Position numbers and translations under genes: made by a program | Assembly (NCBI GenBank): GCA_963812155.1 | Contig: CAWETW010000002.1 | Coordinates: 174,577 to 238,576 of the forward strand | Length of the DNA: 64,000 nucleotides | Origin: Vulcanimicrobiota bacterium | Lineage (GTDB): Bacteria > Vulcanimicrobiota > Vulcanimicrobiia > Vulcanimicrobiales > Vulcanimicrobiaceae | Direction: 5' to 3' | The notes under the pieces: model-generated | What the model saw: only the letters and a program-made list of their open reading frames with translations | Told to the model about the DNA's origin: nothing | Databases searched by the model: none | In this document: positions 10,285 through 18,991 of the stretch, in pieces | Layout of the letters: every line of letters starts with the position of its first letter | Numbering within the stretch: position 1 is the stretch's first letter

Positions 10285-11102
10285 GTTCCACACCTGCGGC
10301 CGAATCGACGAGGCTCGAGTTGCGGCGCACCTATCCGGTCGCCCGCGAACGCCTTTTCGACGCATGGACCACGCCCGACGCGATCAAACAATTCTACGGA
10401 CCGAAGGACGTCGTCATCAGCGACGCGTCGGTCGATCTGCGCGTGGGCGGCGCTTACCGTATTGCCATGACACATCCGGACGGCGATGTCTGGATCGTCA
10501 AAGGCATCTATCGCGAACTCGATCCTCCGTCGAAGATCGAGTGTACGTGGGTCTGGGAAGAGGACGACCCCAAACTCGAACACGAGTCTCTGTTGACGCT
10601 CGAGTTTCTCGACCGCGGCGAGGAAAGCGAACTGGTGTTGACGCACGATCGCTTCCGCGACGCGACCCAACGCGATAATCACGAATCGGGCTGGTCGACG
10701 ATCCTAGCGCAACTGGATGGCTTCATGCGGCCGTTTCGCATCGCCGGCATCGATCTGAGCGGCTACATGGTCAACGACGCGCAGCGCGCCATCGGCTTTT
10801 ATCGCGACGTGCTGGGCCTCGAGCCGTCGCGCGTGTATCCGGAGAACCGGGGTGCCGAATACGAACTGCCGGATGGGACGGTCTTCGGTCTGTGGGGCGG
10901 CGGAGGAAAAGTGATGCCGTTCCAGCCGAGCAACGGCATCCTGTTTGCCGTCGGCGATTTTGCAGGCGCCGTGGCAACCTTGAAGGCGCGCGGCATTCCG
11001 ATCGTACGCGAGATCGAGACGCCCAACTGCCGGATGGCGATGATCGAGGACACCGAAGGTAACCTCATTACGCTGCACGAGCGCAAAGCCGGCGCCGTTT
11101 AA
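10281..11102 (+). CDS. SRPBCC (AHSA1/START-like) domain fused to a VOC/glyoxalase-fold domain
   Basis: The ATG at 10281 overlaps the ArsR stop (ATGA), with a GGAGGAAG Shine-Dalgarno. The N-terminal half (RTYPVARERLFDAWTTPDAIKQFYGP...GGAYRIAM...ESGWSTILAQL) matches the AHSA1-like pattern. The C-terminal half (GIDLSGYMVNDAQRAIGFYRDVLGLEP...MIEDTEGNLITLHE) matches the VOC pattern. Confidence 0.8.
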   Translation: MSSTPAAESTRLELRRTYPVARERLFDAWTTPDAIKQFYGPKDVVISDASVDLRVGGAYRIAMTHPDGDVWIVKGIYRELDPPSKIECTWVWEEDDPKLEHESLLTLEFLDRGEESELVLTHDRFRDATQRDNHESGWSTILAQLDGFMRPFRIAGIDLSGYMVNDAQRAIGFYRDVLGLEPSRVYPENRGAEYELPDGTVFGLWGGGGKVMPFQPSNGILFAVGDFAGAVATLKARGIPIVREIETPNCRMAMIEDTEGNLITLHERKAGAV

Positions 11103-11133
11103 CGCGCGCCCGCAGGGCTTTCGGCTGCATGAG

Positions 11134-11163
11134 AAACGGGCCGCGCGGATGCGCGGCCCGTTT
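11134..11163. terminator. Bidirectional intrinsic terminator between convergent genes
   Basis: aaacgggccgcgc-ggat-gcgcggcccgttt: a 13-bp stem including A/T ends, GC-rich core, followed by tttg. Confidence 0.65.
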
Positions 11164-11190
11164 TGCCTTCGATCGCCCAGTGCGATCGCG

Positions 11191-13575
11191 TTACAGGCCG
11201 TTGGCCAGTGCCCAGCCCTTCGGAGCTCCGATTCCCGCGGCCTGATTGTAGTGCGTCGCGTTACACGAATAGGCGCCGTTACTGCCCGACGTGCACGGCG
11301 TGTAGTACGTGCTGTATCCCGTTGAGGAGAACAAGCTGTAGACCGTCGGATCGATCCATCCGAGTTTCGTTCCGTGAAGTTCGTTGGCTTCGACGATCAA
11401 CGCGACCGAGGCCGGCGAAGACCACGAGGTTCCCAGATACTCGCCCCAACTGCCGCCCGTATAGACTGCGACGGGGAAGAACGGCAGCGAGAAGTCGGGT
11501 TGATTGCGCCCCGACGTGATCATCCCGGTGATGCCGCTTTGATAACTCGGAAGCGCGAAGACCGTTGAGACGCCGCCTCCACCCGAGTCGCCGTCGGCGG
11601 TGCCCATGGTAACGGTTTGAAGCACGCCTTGACTCGTATCGGTGAAGTTGATGCCGCCGATCGACGTGAAGTACGGATCGCCGGCAGGAGCGCTTACGCC
11701 TTTGCTGCCGCTGCATTCGTTGCTTCCGGTGTCACCGCTCGACGCCGAGAATTCGACGCCTTCGGAGGCACCTTGTTCGGCGATCGAGTTTGTCGAATCG
11801 TCGAACGAAACGTCGCTCGATTCGCAGCCGCCGAACGACGAGTTGACGGACGTCGCCTTCCCGTCGGTCAACGCTTTATTATAGGTATCTTCAATCTGCT
11901 GATCGCCGAGCGATCCCATGTCGTACACGATGATATTTGCGCCGGGGGCCAATCCCGCGATCGTTTGCACGTCGAGATCGGTTTCCGGCTCGTCACCGCT
12001 GCCGCCGCCGTCGACGGCGACGTTAGTCACGGTGCCGGTTTCCGTCACGCCGGCAGCCGTCAAATACTTAGACAGATAGCTGCTGTTCACCGGATCGTCG
12101 ATGGCAATGGCTGCCGTGTAGCCGGCACCGTTGCACCCGTGCTGAACGGGGAAATCGAACGGTTTGGCGACGCCGGTCGCCAGCGTTCCGGAAGAGTTGG
12201 TCAGCGGCCCGTTATCGGGTGCCGCGCCGTTACAGCCTCCGCCGGGTGTCGACGATGGTGACGGAGTCGGCGTCGGCGGCGCCGTCGGAGTTGCGGTTGG
12301 CTGGGACGTTGGCGTCGACGTCGGCTGTGACGTCGGCGTTGCCGTCGGCTTCGCGGTCGGCGTGGGCGAGGGCGTCGGCGTCGGCGATCCTACCCACGTC
12401 ACGTTATCGACGTATTGATAGACGTACGTTTGACTGTAGCCGTCGCCGTAGGAACCGAAGTAAATGTAGTCGGTCTGACCGGCCCACCTGTTGAGATTGA
12501 CTTGGTAGTTCACCCAGCCGTTGGTGTTGTTCACGGTCTTGTAGAAGGTCGTGAGGATGCCGCCGCTCTGATTGAGCAGGTAGGCAGCCTGAAACGCGTA
12601 CCTCGTACTGGTCTCGTTCGTTCCTTGGTAGACCCAGAAGCTCAGGACGCCTTTCGACGGAACTTTCACGATTTGCGCGACCGACGCCCACCCGTTGACT
12701 TCGGGCGGCTGCAGCGAGCCCATAAATGCCGAGTACGAGCCTTGCTGGGCTCGCGCGGTCGTGATCGAAAGGTAGGTCGACTGCGTGCTTTCGTTGATCC
12801 AGCCCGGATTGACAGAGCCCGTCTCGAAACTTCCGTTGACGAGATTGCCGGAAGAATCGTCGGGCCGAATACCGAGCGGAATAACGGTGCGTCCGTTTGC
12901 GTCGCGCTTGAACTGCGGCAGCGTGCGCTGCGTCTCGACGCCGCTCTGTTCGGCGACCGTTCGCACGACGACGAGATTATTGAGGGAAACGTCGCGCACG
13001 AGCGGCGCAATGTCTGAAGGCAACGTCGCCGGCGCCACGTTCGTGTAACGCTCGCCGTACTTGCCCTGACGAACCGTGTGGATTTCGGTGGAGAAAAAGC
13101 GTTCGGCTACAGCCGTTCGCGCCGTCGCATCGACGATGGTGCGATTGGGAAAACGTTGGACGATCGTAAAGCCGGCGCGCTCCAGCGCGCGAGCGACGCG
13201 CTCTTCTTGCGCCGCCGTGGGCGCATAGCGTTCGGCAAACTGCGTTGCGGTAAGAAAACGGTGCCGGCCTACGCCCGGCGCGGCCGCGTTGGCCACGAAT
13301 GCGTCGAGTTCCGACTGATTATTATAGCGCAGCGTGAGCGAAACTCGGACCATTTGGTTCTGTGGACGCCGTCCGGCATCGGTGTATGCGAGATTTCCGG
13401 AGAGTCTCGGAATCGAAATCAAGGGCTTATCGGGCGCCGACGTCCGGACGGAAGAATTCGTGGACGTTCCGTTCGCCGGAGCGAGCCCCGGTAGCGACGA
13501 GTTCTGGCCGCCGCAAGCGGTGAGCGTCAGTGCCAGCCCTACGGTTGACGCGATCACGCGTGATGATCGTTTCAA
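11191..13575 (-). CDS. Secreted S53 (sedolisin/kumamolisin-like) serine-carboxyl peptidase lipoprotein with pro-domain, CBM4/9-like insert and PT-rich linker
   Basis: TTG start with GAGGAGG upstream. Lipobox LTACG. A pro-kumamolisin-type activation domain spans aa ~60-200. An NGSFE.G...W type beta-sandwich spans aa ~240-400, followed by a PT-rich linker. S53 catalytic motifs are present: ETDLDVQ, SSGDTGS, GTSWSSPA. Confidence 0.8.
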   Translation of the reverse strand: MKRSSRVIASTVGLALTLTACGGQNSSLPGLAPANGTSTNSSVRTSAPDKPLISIPRLSGNLAYTDAGRRPQNQMVRVSLTLRYNNQSELDAFVANAAAPGVGRHRFLTATQFAERYAPTAAQEERVARALERAGFTIVQRFPNRTIVDATARTAVAERFFSTEIHTVRQGKYGERYTNVAPATLPSDIAPLVRDVSLNNLVVVRTVAEQSGVETQRTLPQFKRDANGRTVIPLGIRPDDSSGNLVNGSFETGSVNPGWINESTQSTYLSITTARAQQGSYSAFMGSLQPPEVNGWASVAQIVKVPSKGVLSFWVYQGTNETSTRYAFQAAYLLNQSGGILTTFYKTVNNTNGWVNYQVNLNRWAGQTDYIYFGSYGDGYSQTYVYQYVDNVTWVGSPTPTPSPTPTAKPTATPTSQPTSTPTSQPTATPTAPPTPTPSPSSTPGGGCNGAAPDNGPLTNSSGTLATGVAKPFDFPVQHGCNGAGYTAAIAIDDPVNSSYLSKYLTAAGVTETGTVTNVAVDGGGSGDEPETDLDVQTIAGLAPGANIIVYDMGSLGDQQIEDTYNKALTDGKATSVNSSFGGCESSDVSFDDSTNSIAEQGASEGVEFSASSGDTGSNECSGSKGVSAPAGDPYFTSIGGINFTDTSQGVLQTVTMGTADGDSGGGGVSTVFALPSYQSGITGMITSGRNQPDFSLPFFPVAVYTGGSWGEYLGTSWSSPASVALIVEANELHGTKLGWIDPTVYSLFSSTGYSTYYTPCTSGSNGAYSCNATHYNQAAGIGAPKGWALANGL
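12244..12391. repeat. Low-complexity GGCGTCGG-rich DNA encoding the Pro/Thr linker of the S53 peptidase
   Basis: Encodes PTPTPSPTPTAKPTATPTSQPTSTPTSQPTATPTAPPTPTPSPSSTP. The sequence composition is similar to the 8298-8388 repeat. Confidence 0.6.
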
Positions 13576-13784
13576 GTGCGTGCCTCCTCACGTTTCAGTA
13601 GCTAACTGGGTCGTGGGAGGCAGGTTCTCCAGCCCTCCTGCCACACCCGCCCCTTGCAAGCTTTGGCGCCTCGCCCAAGCAACCTCCAATCAGAGAACGG
13701 GAGGGAACGGGCGCGGAGCACTTGGCAAGCAGCCTCTCGTTTCCCAGACCACCGTGCGGCCGGAATGGAGCAGCTTAGTTAGGG

Positions 13785-14930
13785 TTACGAGCGCGGCCAG
13801 TATTTCAGCGACGTGCCCGTATTGAACAGTACGATCGGTTCCGGCAACCGCGTTCCGGCTGCCCGCAGCGATCGAAGACCCGCGAGCGTCGCAGCGCCTT
13901 CTTCCGTCACGTCGATGCCTTCACGGCGGTGGATTTCGCGCATTGCCGCAAAGGCGGATTCATCGGTGACTGCAACGGCGTGGCCGCGCGACTCGCGCAG
14001 TGCTTTGAGCGACAGCCGATCGCCGATTCCGCCGGGTACGCGTAGGCCCCACATCGCGGTCCGGCCGTTTTCAACTCGTGCGGCGGATTCCTCACCAGCG
14101 TGGAATGCCCGCACGATCGGCGCGCAGCCGTCGGCTTGCACGCACACCATCACCGGGCGCGCCGTGCCGATCCAACCCAACGTTTCCTGTTCGCCGAAGG
14201 CCTTCCACATTGCGACGAGGCCGGTGCCGCCGCCCGTCGGATAAACGATGGTTCCAGGTACGCGGCCGAGCTGCTCGACCAACTCGTAGGCCATCGTCTT
14301 TTTACCTTCGACGCGATATGGCTCACGGAACGTCGCACAGTTGAAGGAGCCGCTCTCTCGAGCATATTCGGCCGCCAAGCGCCCCGCATCGTCAATCAGG
14401 CCGTCAACAAGCACCACTTCGGCGCCGTATCCCCGCATCTCGTCGAGCAACAATGCCGGCGTGTCGCGCGGAACGTACACCCGCACCGGCATTCCGGCGC
14501 GTGCGCCGTAAGCCGCAAGCGCGCTGCCGGCATTACCGGCGCTCGGAGCGACGAGCGCGCGGGCGCCGAGACGCTTAGCGACCGTCACGGCGACGGACAT
14601 GCCGCGCGATTTGAACGACCCCGTGGGATTCTGGGCCTCGTCTTTGACGTACAGCGGTCCGTCTCCGAACTCTTTGCTCAAGGCAGTTGCCGCGAGTAGC
14701 GGCGTCGCGCCTTCACCGAGCGAAATCGGTTCCTCTCGTTCACCGATGGGCAGCATCTCGCGGTAGCGCCACATCGTCCAAGGCCGCGGAGTGACCGTCG
14801 CGCGCGACATCTCCACGGCCGAATAGCGCGCCAGCAACGGCGCACCATCGTGCGGACACGTACCGGCTAGAGCATCTGCCGGCACGCGATGCGATGCATC
14901 GCGCGAACACTCTAAACGTTGCGGCAGCAT
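13785..14930 (-). CDS. Threonine synthase-family PLP-dependent enzyme
   Basis: PLP-lysine motif NPTGSFKSRG, plus a PSAGNAGSALAAYGARAG glycine-rich region and PTGGGTGL. I chose the ATG at 14930, which overlaps the TGA of the upstream permease by 1 nt (TGATG). The longer ORF-track N-terminus would overlap the permease gene. Confidence 0.8.
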   Translation of the reverse strand: MLPQRLECSRDASHRVPADALAGTCPHDGAPLLARYSAVEMSRATVTPRPWTMWRYREMLPIGEREEPISLGEGATPLLAATALSKEFGDGPLYVKDEAQNPTGSFKSRGMSVAVTVAKRLGARALVAPSAGNAGSALAAYGARAGMPVRVYVPRDTPALLLDEMRGYGAEVVLVDGLIDDAGRLAAEYARESGSFNCATFREPYRVEGKKTMAYELVEQLGRVPGTIVYPTGGGTGLVAMWKAFGEQETLGWIGTARPVMVCVQADGCAPIVRAFHAGEESAARVENGRTAMWGLRVPGGIGDRLSLKALRESRGHAVAVTDESAFAAMREIHRREGIDVTEEGAATLAGLRSLRAAGTRLPEPIVLFNTGTSLKYWPRS

Positions 14931-16258
14931 CAGTTCGTCAGCGTTGCTGCGGCTTTGCCGCGCGTCCACAGGAGGTAGGCCGGGACGGCACTGAGGACGA
15001 TGACGATCCCGACGAGCCCGTCGCGCGGATCGGCTAGGCATGCGGCCGCCGCGACACCCCAGGATGCGACCAAATAGAGGCCGGTCGAAACGGGATGACC
15101 GGGCGCGCGAAACGTTCCCGGCGGCATCGCATGCGTGTCGCGCGCTCGCAGAACGAAGACGGCTAGCGCGAGCAGGCCGTTGAATGCGTAGAACGTGGCG
15201 ACGACGTAATTCAAAATCTGTTCGTAGTTACCCCAGAGCGCGACGATCGTCGCGACCACTCCCTGCACCGCGATTGCGAAGACGGGCGCGTGCGTGCGCG
15301 GATTGACGTGTGCGACGTGGCGAAAGAAAAGCCCGTCTTGCGCCATAGCTTGATAGAGGCGCGGGACCGTCAGCATCCGATTGCTGATGAAACCCAGCGT
15401 CACCACCGCCACGACGATCGACGCGACGCGGCTTGCAGCCTTTCCCGTCGAAGCGAGCAGCACCGACGAAGCGGGTACGGCCGTGTGCGCCAAACCATGC
15501 AGACCCAGCACGCGCACGCAACTCACGTTGACGAGCACGTAGAGAATCGTCACGCACGCCATGCCGACGATCAGACCAATTGGGAGCGTTCGAAGTTCAT
15601 TTTTTGTTTCGGGGGCCATGAAGTTGGCGACCATTGCGCCGTTATAACTGAAGAGAATCGGAACCATCGCGAAAGCGAACGCGGCCGGCCACACCGGCAT
15701 CGTCGTCGCGCTTACCGCAACGGAATCCGCGGCGGGACGCGCGTAGATGCCGGCAGCCACGATCGCCAGCAGCGCGACGATCTTCAGCAAGGTCAAGGCG
15801 CCTTGCAGCCGGTTCCCGGCGCGCGCTCCCAGGGCGTTCACGACTGCCAGGATTGCGATGACCGCGGCCGCGACGATTGCGGGCCACATGCGAAGCCCGG
15901 TAAGCGAAAGAAAATACCCCGCAAACAGTACGGCGGCCGCCGCAATTCCGCCGCTGAACGAGGCCAGCAATCCGGTCCAGCCATACGCGAATCCGACGAT
16001 GGGATGAAAAGCGTCGCGCAGATACGCGTACGGTCCACCACCTTTCGGAAGGCGCGCGCCGAGTTCGCCCAGGACGAACGCGCCGCACAGCGCGACGATG
16101 CCGCCGGCCAACCACACTGCCGGCACGAAAGCCGCTGCCGGCAGACGTTGCGCGACGACCGCCGGCGTCCGAAAGATTCCCGAGCCGACGACGCTCCCGA
16201 CGACGATGAGCGCCACGTCGTAAAGCCCGAGGTGGCGCGGTAGCGCCGGCGAGCGCAC
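14930..16258 (-). CDS. APC-family amino acid permease
   Basis: 442 aa with about 12 hydrophobic segments. The N-terminal VVGSVVGSGIFRTPA motif is typical of amino acid/polyamine permeases. Confidence 0.85.
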   Translation of the reverse strand: MRSPALPRHLGLYDVALIVVGSVVGSGIFRTPAVVAQRLPAAAFVPAVWLAGGIVALCGAFVLGELGARLPKGGGPYAYLRDAFHPIVGFAYGWTGLLASFSGGIAAAAVLFAGYFLSLTGLRMWPAIVAAAVIAILAVVNALGARAGNRLQGALTLLKIVALLAIVAAGIYARPAADSVAVSATTMPVWPAAFAFAMVPILFSYNGAMVANFMAPETKNELRTLPIGLIVGMACVTILYVLVNVSCVRVLGLHGLAHTAVPASSVLLASTGKAASRVASIVVAVVTLGFISNRMLTVPRLYQAMAQDGLFFRHVAHVNPRTHAPVFAIAVQGVVATIVALWGNYEQILNYVVATFYAFNGLLALAVFVLRARDTHAMPPGTFRAPGHPVSTGLYLVASWGVAAAACLADPRDGLVGIVIVLSAVPAYLLWTRGKAAATLTN

Positions 16259-16261
16259 GGG

Positions 16262-17086
16262 TTAGACCGGCGTTTCGCCGATTACCGTCGCGCGGCGAAC
16301 CAGCCGGCGCGCCGGAAAGTAGTCGGCCAGCGCGCAATGCTGCGTCCAGCGATTGTCCCATATGGCAACGGTACCCGCGCTCCATCGCCAACGCACTTGA
16401 AACTCCGGCGCGCTCATATGCTCGAAGAGGAAGCGCAGCAACGCTTCGCTCTCGCGCGCGGAGAGGTTTTCGATATGTGAGGTGAAGTCTTGATTGACGA
16501 AGAGCGCTTTTCGTCCGGTCGCGGGATTGGTGCGCGCGACGGGATGCGACACCGGCGGATGCGCCGCATAGATGGCCTCGCGGCGGTTTTCCATCCCGAG
16601 CGCAGAAAAACGATCCGGCGTGAAGTTCTTAGCGAAGGAATGGACCGCGCGCAGGCCGCCCACGAACTGCTTCATCGGGCCGGAAAGCGCTTCGTATGCC
16701 AGATACATGTTGGCCCATAACGTGTCCCCGCCGATTTCCGGTATTTCTTCGGCGTAAAGAACCGCGGCCTTGGGCGGCTTCGCGAGATACGTTACGTCTG
16801 TGTGCCACCGGTCGCTGTTGGCACGCCGCGCCGCGTCGTGCTCCAACACCATAATTTCCGGAGCGCTCTCGTGACCCGGATAGAACGGATGGAGGTAGAG
16901 CGGACCGAAACGCGCGGCAAGGTCGCGCTGCTGCACGGGCGTAAGCGATTGATTTTGGAAGAACAGCACGAGGCGGTCGCCGAGCGCCCCTTCTAACTCG
17001 GCGATATCCGTTTCAGAGAGCGGCTCGCGCAAATCCACGCCTTCGACGACGGCGCCAATGCCCGGCGTGAGCGGTGTCGTCTTCAC
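16262..17086 (-). CDS. TauD/TfdA family Fe(II)/2-oxoglutarate dioxygenase
   Basis: WHTDVTY (the HxD of the facial triad), GGDTLWANMYLAYEAL and a distal HP..RT region, at the typical 274-aa length. The stop lies 3 nt before the permease start. Confidence 0.85.
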   Translation of the reverse strand: MKTTPLTPGIGAVVEGVDLREPLSETDIAELEGALGDRLVLFFQNQSLTPVQQRDLAARFGPLYLHPFYPGHESAPEIMVLEHDAARRANSDRWHTDVTYLAKPPKAAVLYAEEIPEIGGDTLWANMYLAYEALSGPMKQFVGGLRAVHSFAKNFTPDRFSALGMENRREAIYAAHPPVSHPVARTNPATGRKALFVNQDFTSHIENLSARESEALLRFLFEHMSAPEFQVRWRWSAGTVAIWDNRWTQHCALADYFPARRLVRRATVIGETPV

Positions 17087-17099
17087 TCCGTTGTCCTCA

Positions 17100-17552
17100 T
17101 TATGGTGGGAGCGGCGCCCAGGCGTGCACGCCGTCGTCTGAAATCGACCACGGCCGCGCGCCGGTACGGCTGCGATAGTATCCCCCGTTCGTGCAGCCGC
17201 CGCCGGCGCCTATCGCCAACGCACAGAAATAGGCGCGTACGTAACCACCGTCCCACGACAGCGATTCGCGCATACATGCCGTCATGAACTGCGGATATGC
17301 GGTGGCACCCCAATCGGCTGCAAGCGTCACGTCCCAACCGGTAACGTCTTGGTGCTCGATGCGCGCGCGATAGAGTTTGCATCCGCTTGCGCCCAAGATG
17401 AGCGGGTCAGCGTGCCCCGGGAGGTGCACCACAATCAAGTTCTTGCCGAAGCGCGCACGGTCTTCGTTGGAAATCACGTAGGGAACGTGCGCGCATGCGC
17501 TCGCGGCGACTGTCAGAACCAGTACGATTGCGGCGGCGCGTACGGATCGCAT
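17100..17552 (-). CDS. Secreted hypothetical protein
   Basis: Signal peptide MRSVRAAAIVLVLTVAASACA, with 6 further Cys. No family recognised. It ends 13 nt upstream of the TauD-like gene. Confidence 0.5.
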   Translation of the reverse strand: MRSVRAAAIVLVLTVAASACAHVPYVISNEDRARFGKNLIVVHLPGHADPLILGASGCKLYRARIEHQDVTGWDVTLAADWGATAYPQFMTACMRESLSWDGGYVRAYFCALAIGAGGGCTNGGYYRSRTGARPWSISDDGVHAWAPLPP

Positions 17553-17576
17553 CGCGTTTCCTAGACACGAAATTCG

Positions 17577-18911
17577 TCACATCGGTGGACCAATGACGAT
17601 CCAGGTCTTCCCTTGATAGCGCTGCACGAGCACGACCGTCCCGGTGCTTCCCTGACCGACGAGGAAGGCGTCTTCGGATTTTTCCATGCCGGGCTGGACG
17701 ACTTCTTGCGCGGCCGGAAGATGTGCGCGATACCAGGATCGCACCGTCGTGAAGTCGTCGGCCGTCGCGTAGGTTTTCGCTTGCGCGGGCGGAGTCTTGA
17801 AACCAACGCCTGAAGGCCGCTCCGACGCGACGGCACCCGGATAGACGGGAGGAGCGGTTCCGGCGTTTCCATCGCTCGGGCTTGGCGATCCCACGCGCCC
17901 CGCCTCGGCGCACGCCGACGTCGTGCCGCCAAACATCACTGCAAGGCCGCACGCGGATGCGAACATGCGGCGGTTATCGTGCGGAACGCCTTCGACGAAG
18001 GCGTAGTCTTGAGCGGTCCCGCGCGGGTGGCGCCGACCGATGTAGGCGATGTAGAATTTCGCGCGCGTGAAGCGGTTCGGACCCTGTGCTTCGCCACCGC
18101 AGGAGCGGTCCAAATCGTCTTCGTTCGGATTCGTGTCGGCGGTCCCCATGAGATAGCTAACGTGCCGGGTGGCGTACCGCGATTCGAGTTGCGCAGACGT
18201 CCCGGTAACGTAGCGCGGTGCGCCCTTCAACCCGTATCGCCATTGGTCGAAGTCCGGACAGTTCGACTGCGGAACCGGGCGCCAATCGGTGAAGTAAAAA
18301 TACGATGATGGATTCGAAACAACGAGATGCACCGGGATTCGCGCGCCGGAGTCGAGCCCCGCAGATTTACCGACCGCCGCGTAACGCTGGACGATTTGGC
18401 CGCCCGCGGAGTGTCCGGCGATCACGATCTCGCGAAGTTTCGGAAAGCGTTCGATATCCGACAAACGCGCAACGATCGCATCGAAAACCTCGTACGTGCT
18501 GATCGGCGCGGGTGCCACCGCATCCGAACCGCCGGGCCACGTTCCCTTCCAGTACAGCGTGCGCGGTGAAACGGAATGACCGGCCAGATCGTCCCGTTCG
18601 ACGAACTGCGGAGCGATGACGAGCGTGTCGCGCAACGCATGCGCGGCATCGGCGGCAATCACGCCCGTATCGTAGTAGTAGTCCGCGTCGCGCAGTACGC
18701 CGTGCACGACGACAATCGCGCGCGTGACCGACGCATCTCCATCGAGGGACGACGTTCCGAAGTACCGCGCGTACCCGCTGCCGAGCGGCGTGGTCACCAG
18801 AAATTGGCGATCGGCGAGGCGCCCGGAGTTGTCGGGTTGCGGCGTCGTCGTTACGGGGACGACGACGCTCAAAAGCAGAGGAGCCAGTAGGGCGCTGACG
18901 AGTTGATGCAC
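17577..18911 (-). CDS. Secreted alpha/beta hydrolase-fold protein
   Basis: Signal peptide and nucleophile elbow GHSAGG, with a C-terminal extension of unknown function. Confidence 0.6.
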   Translation of the reverse strand: MHQLVSALLAPLLLSVVVPVTTTPQPDNSGRLADRQFLVTTPLGSGYARYFGTSSLDGDASVTRAIVVVHGVLRDADYYYDTGVIAADAAHALRDTLVIAPQFVERDDLAGHSVSPRTLYWKGTWPGGSDAVAPAPISTYEVFDAIVARLSDIERFPKLREIVIAGHSAGGQIVQRYAAVGKSAGLDSGARIPVHLVVSNPSSYFYFTDWRPVPQSNCPDFDQWRYGLKGAPRYVTGTSAQLESRYATRHVSYLMGTADTNPNEDDLDRSCGGEAQGPNRFTRAKFYIAYIGRRHPRGTAQDYAFVEGVPHDNRRMFASACGLAVMFGGTTSACAEAGRVGSPSPSDGNAGTAPPVYPGAVASERPSGVGFKTPPAQAKTYATADDFTTVRSWYRAHLPAAQEVVQPGMEKSEDAFLVGQGSTGTVVLVQRYQGKTWIVIGPPM

Positions 18912-18991
18912 GAGCGATTCTTTCGGGCCGTCGCGGCTGCATCATCCTGCCCGAAGCGGGGACGTCTCGATCGGCGGCAAAAGGCGACATC

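Noticed and set aside
13576-13784. Possible riboswitch in the 209-bp leader of the S53 peptidase gene
   Set aside because: It contains a GGCAGG...CCTGCC hairpin, but I could not match it to any riboswitch consensus I know (c-di-GMP, SAM, TPP, cobalamin and others). This is noted under the peptidase finding only.
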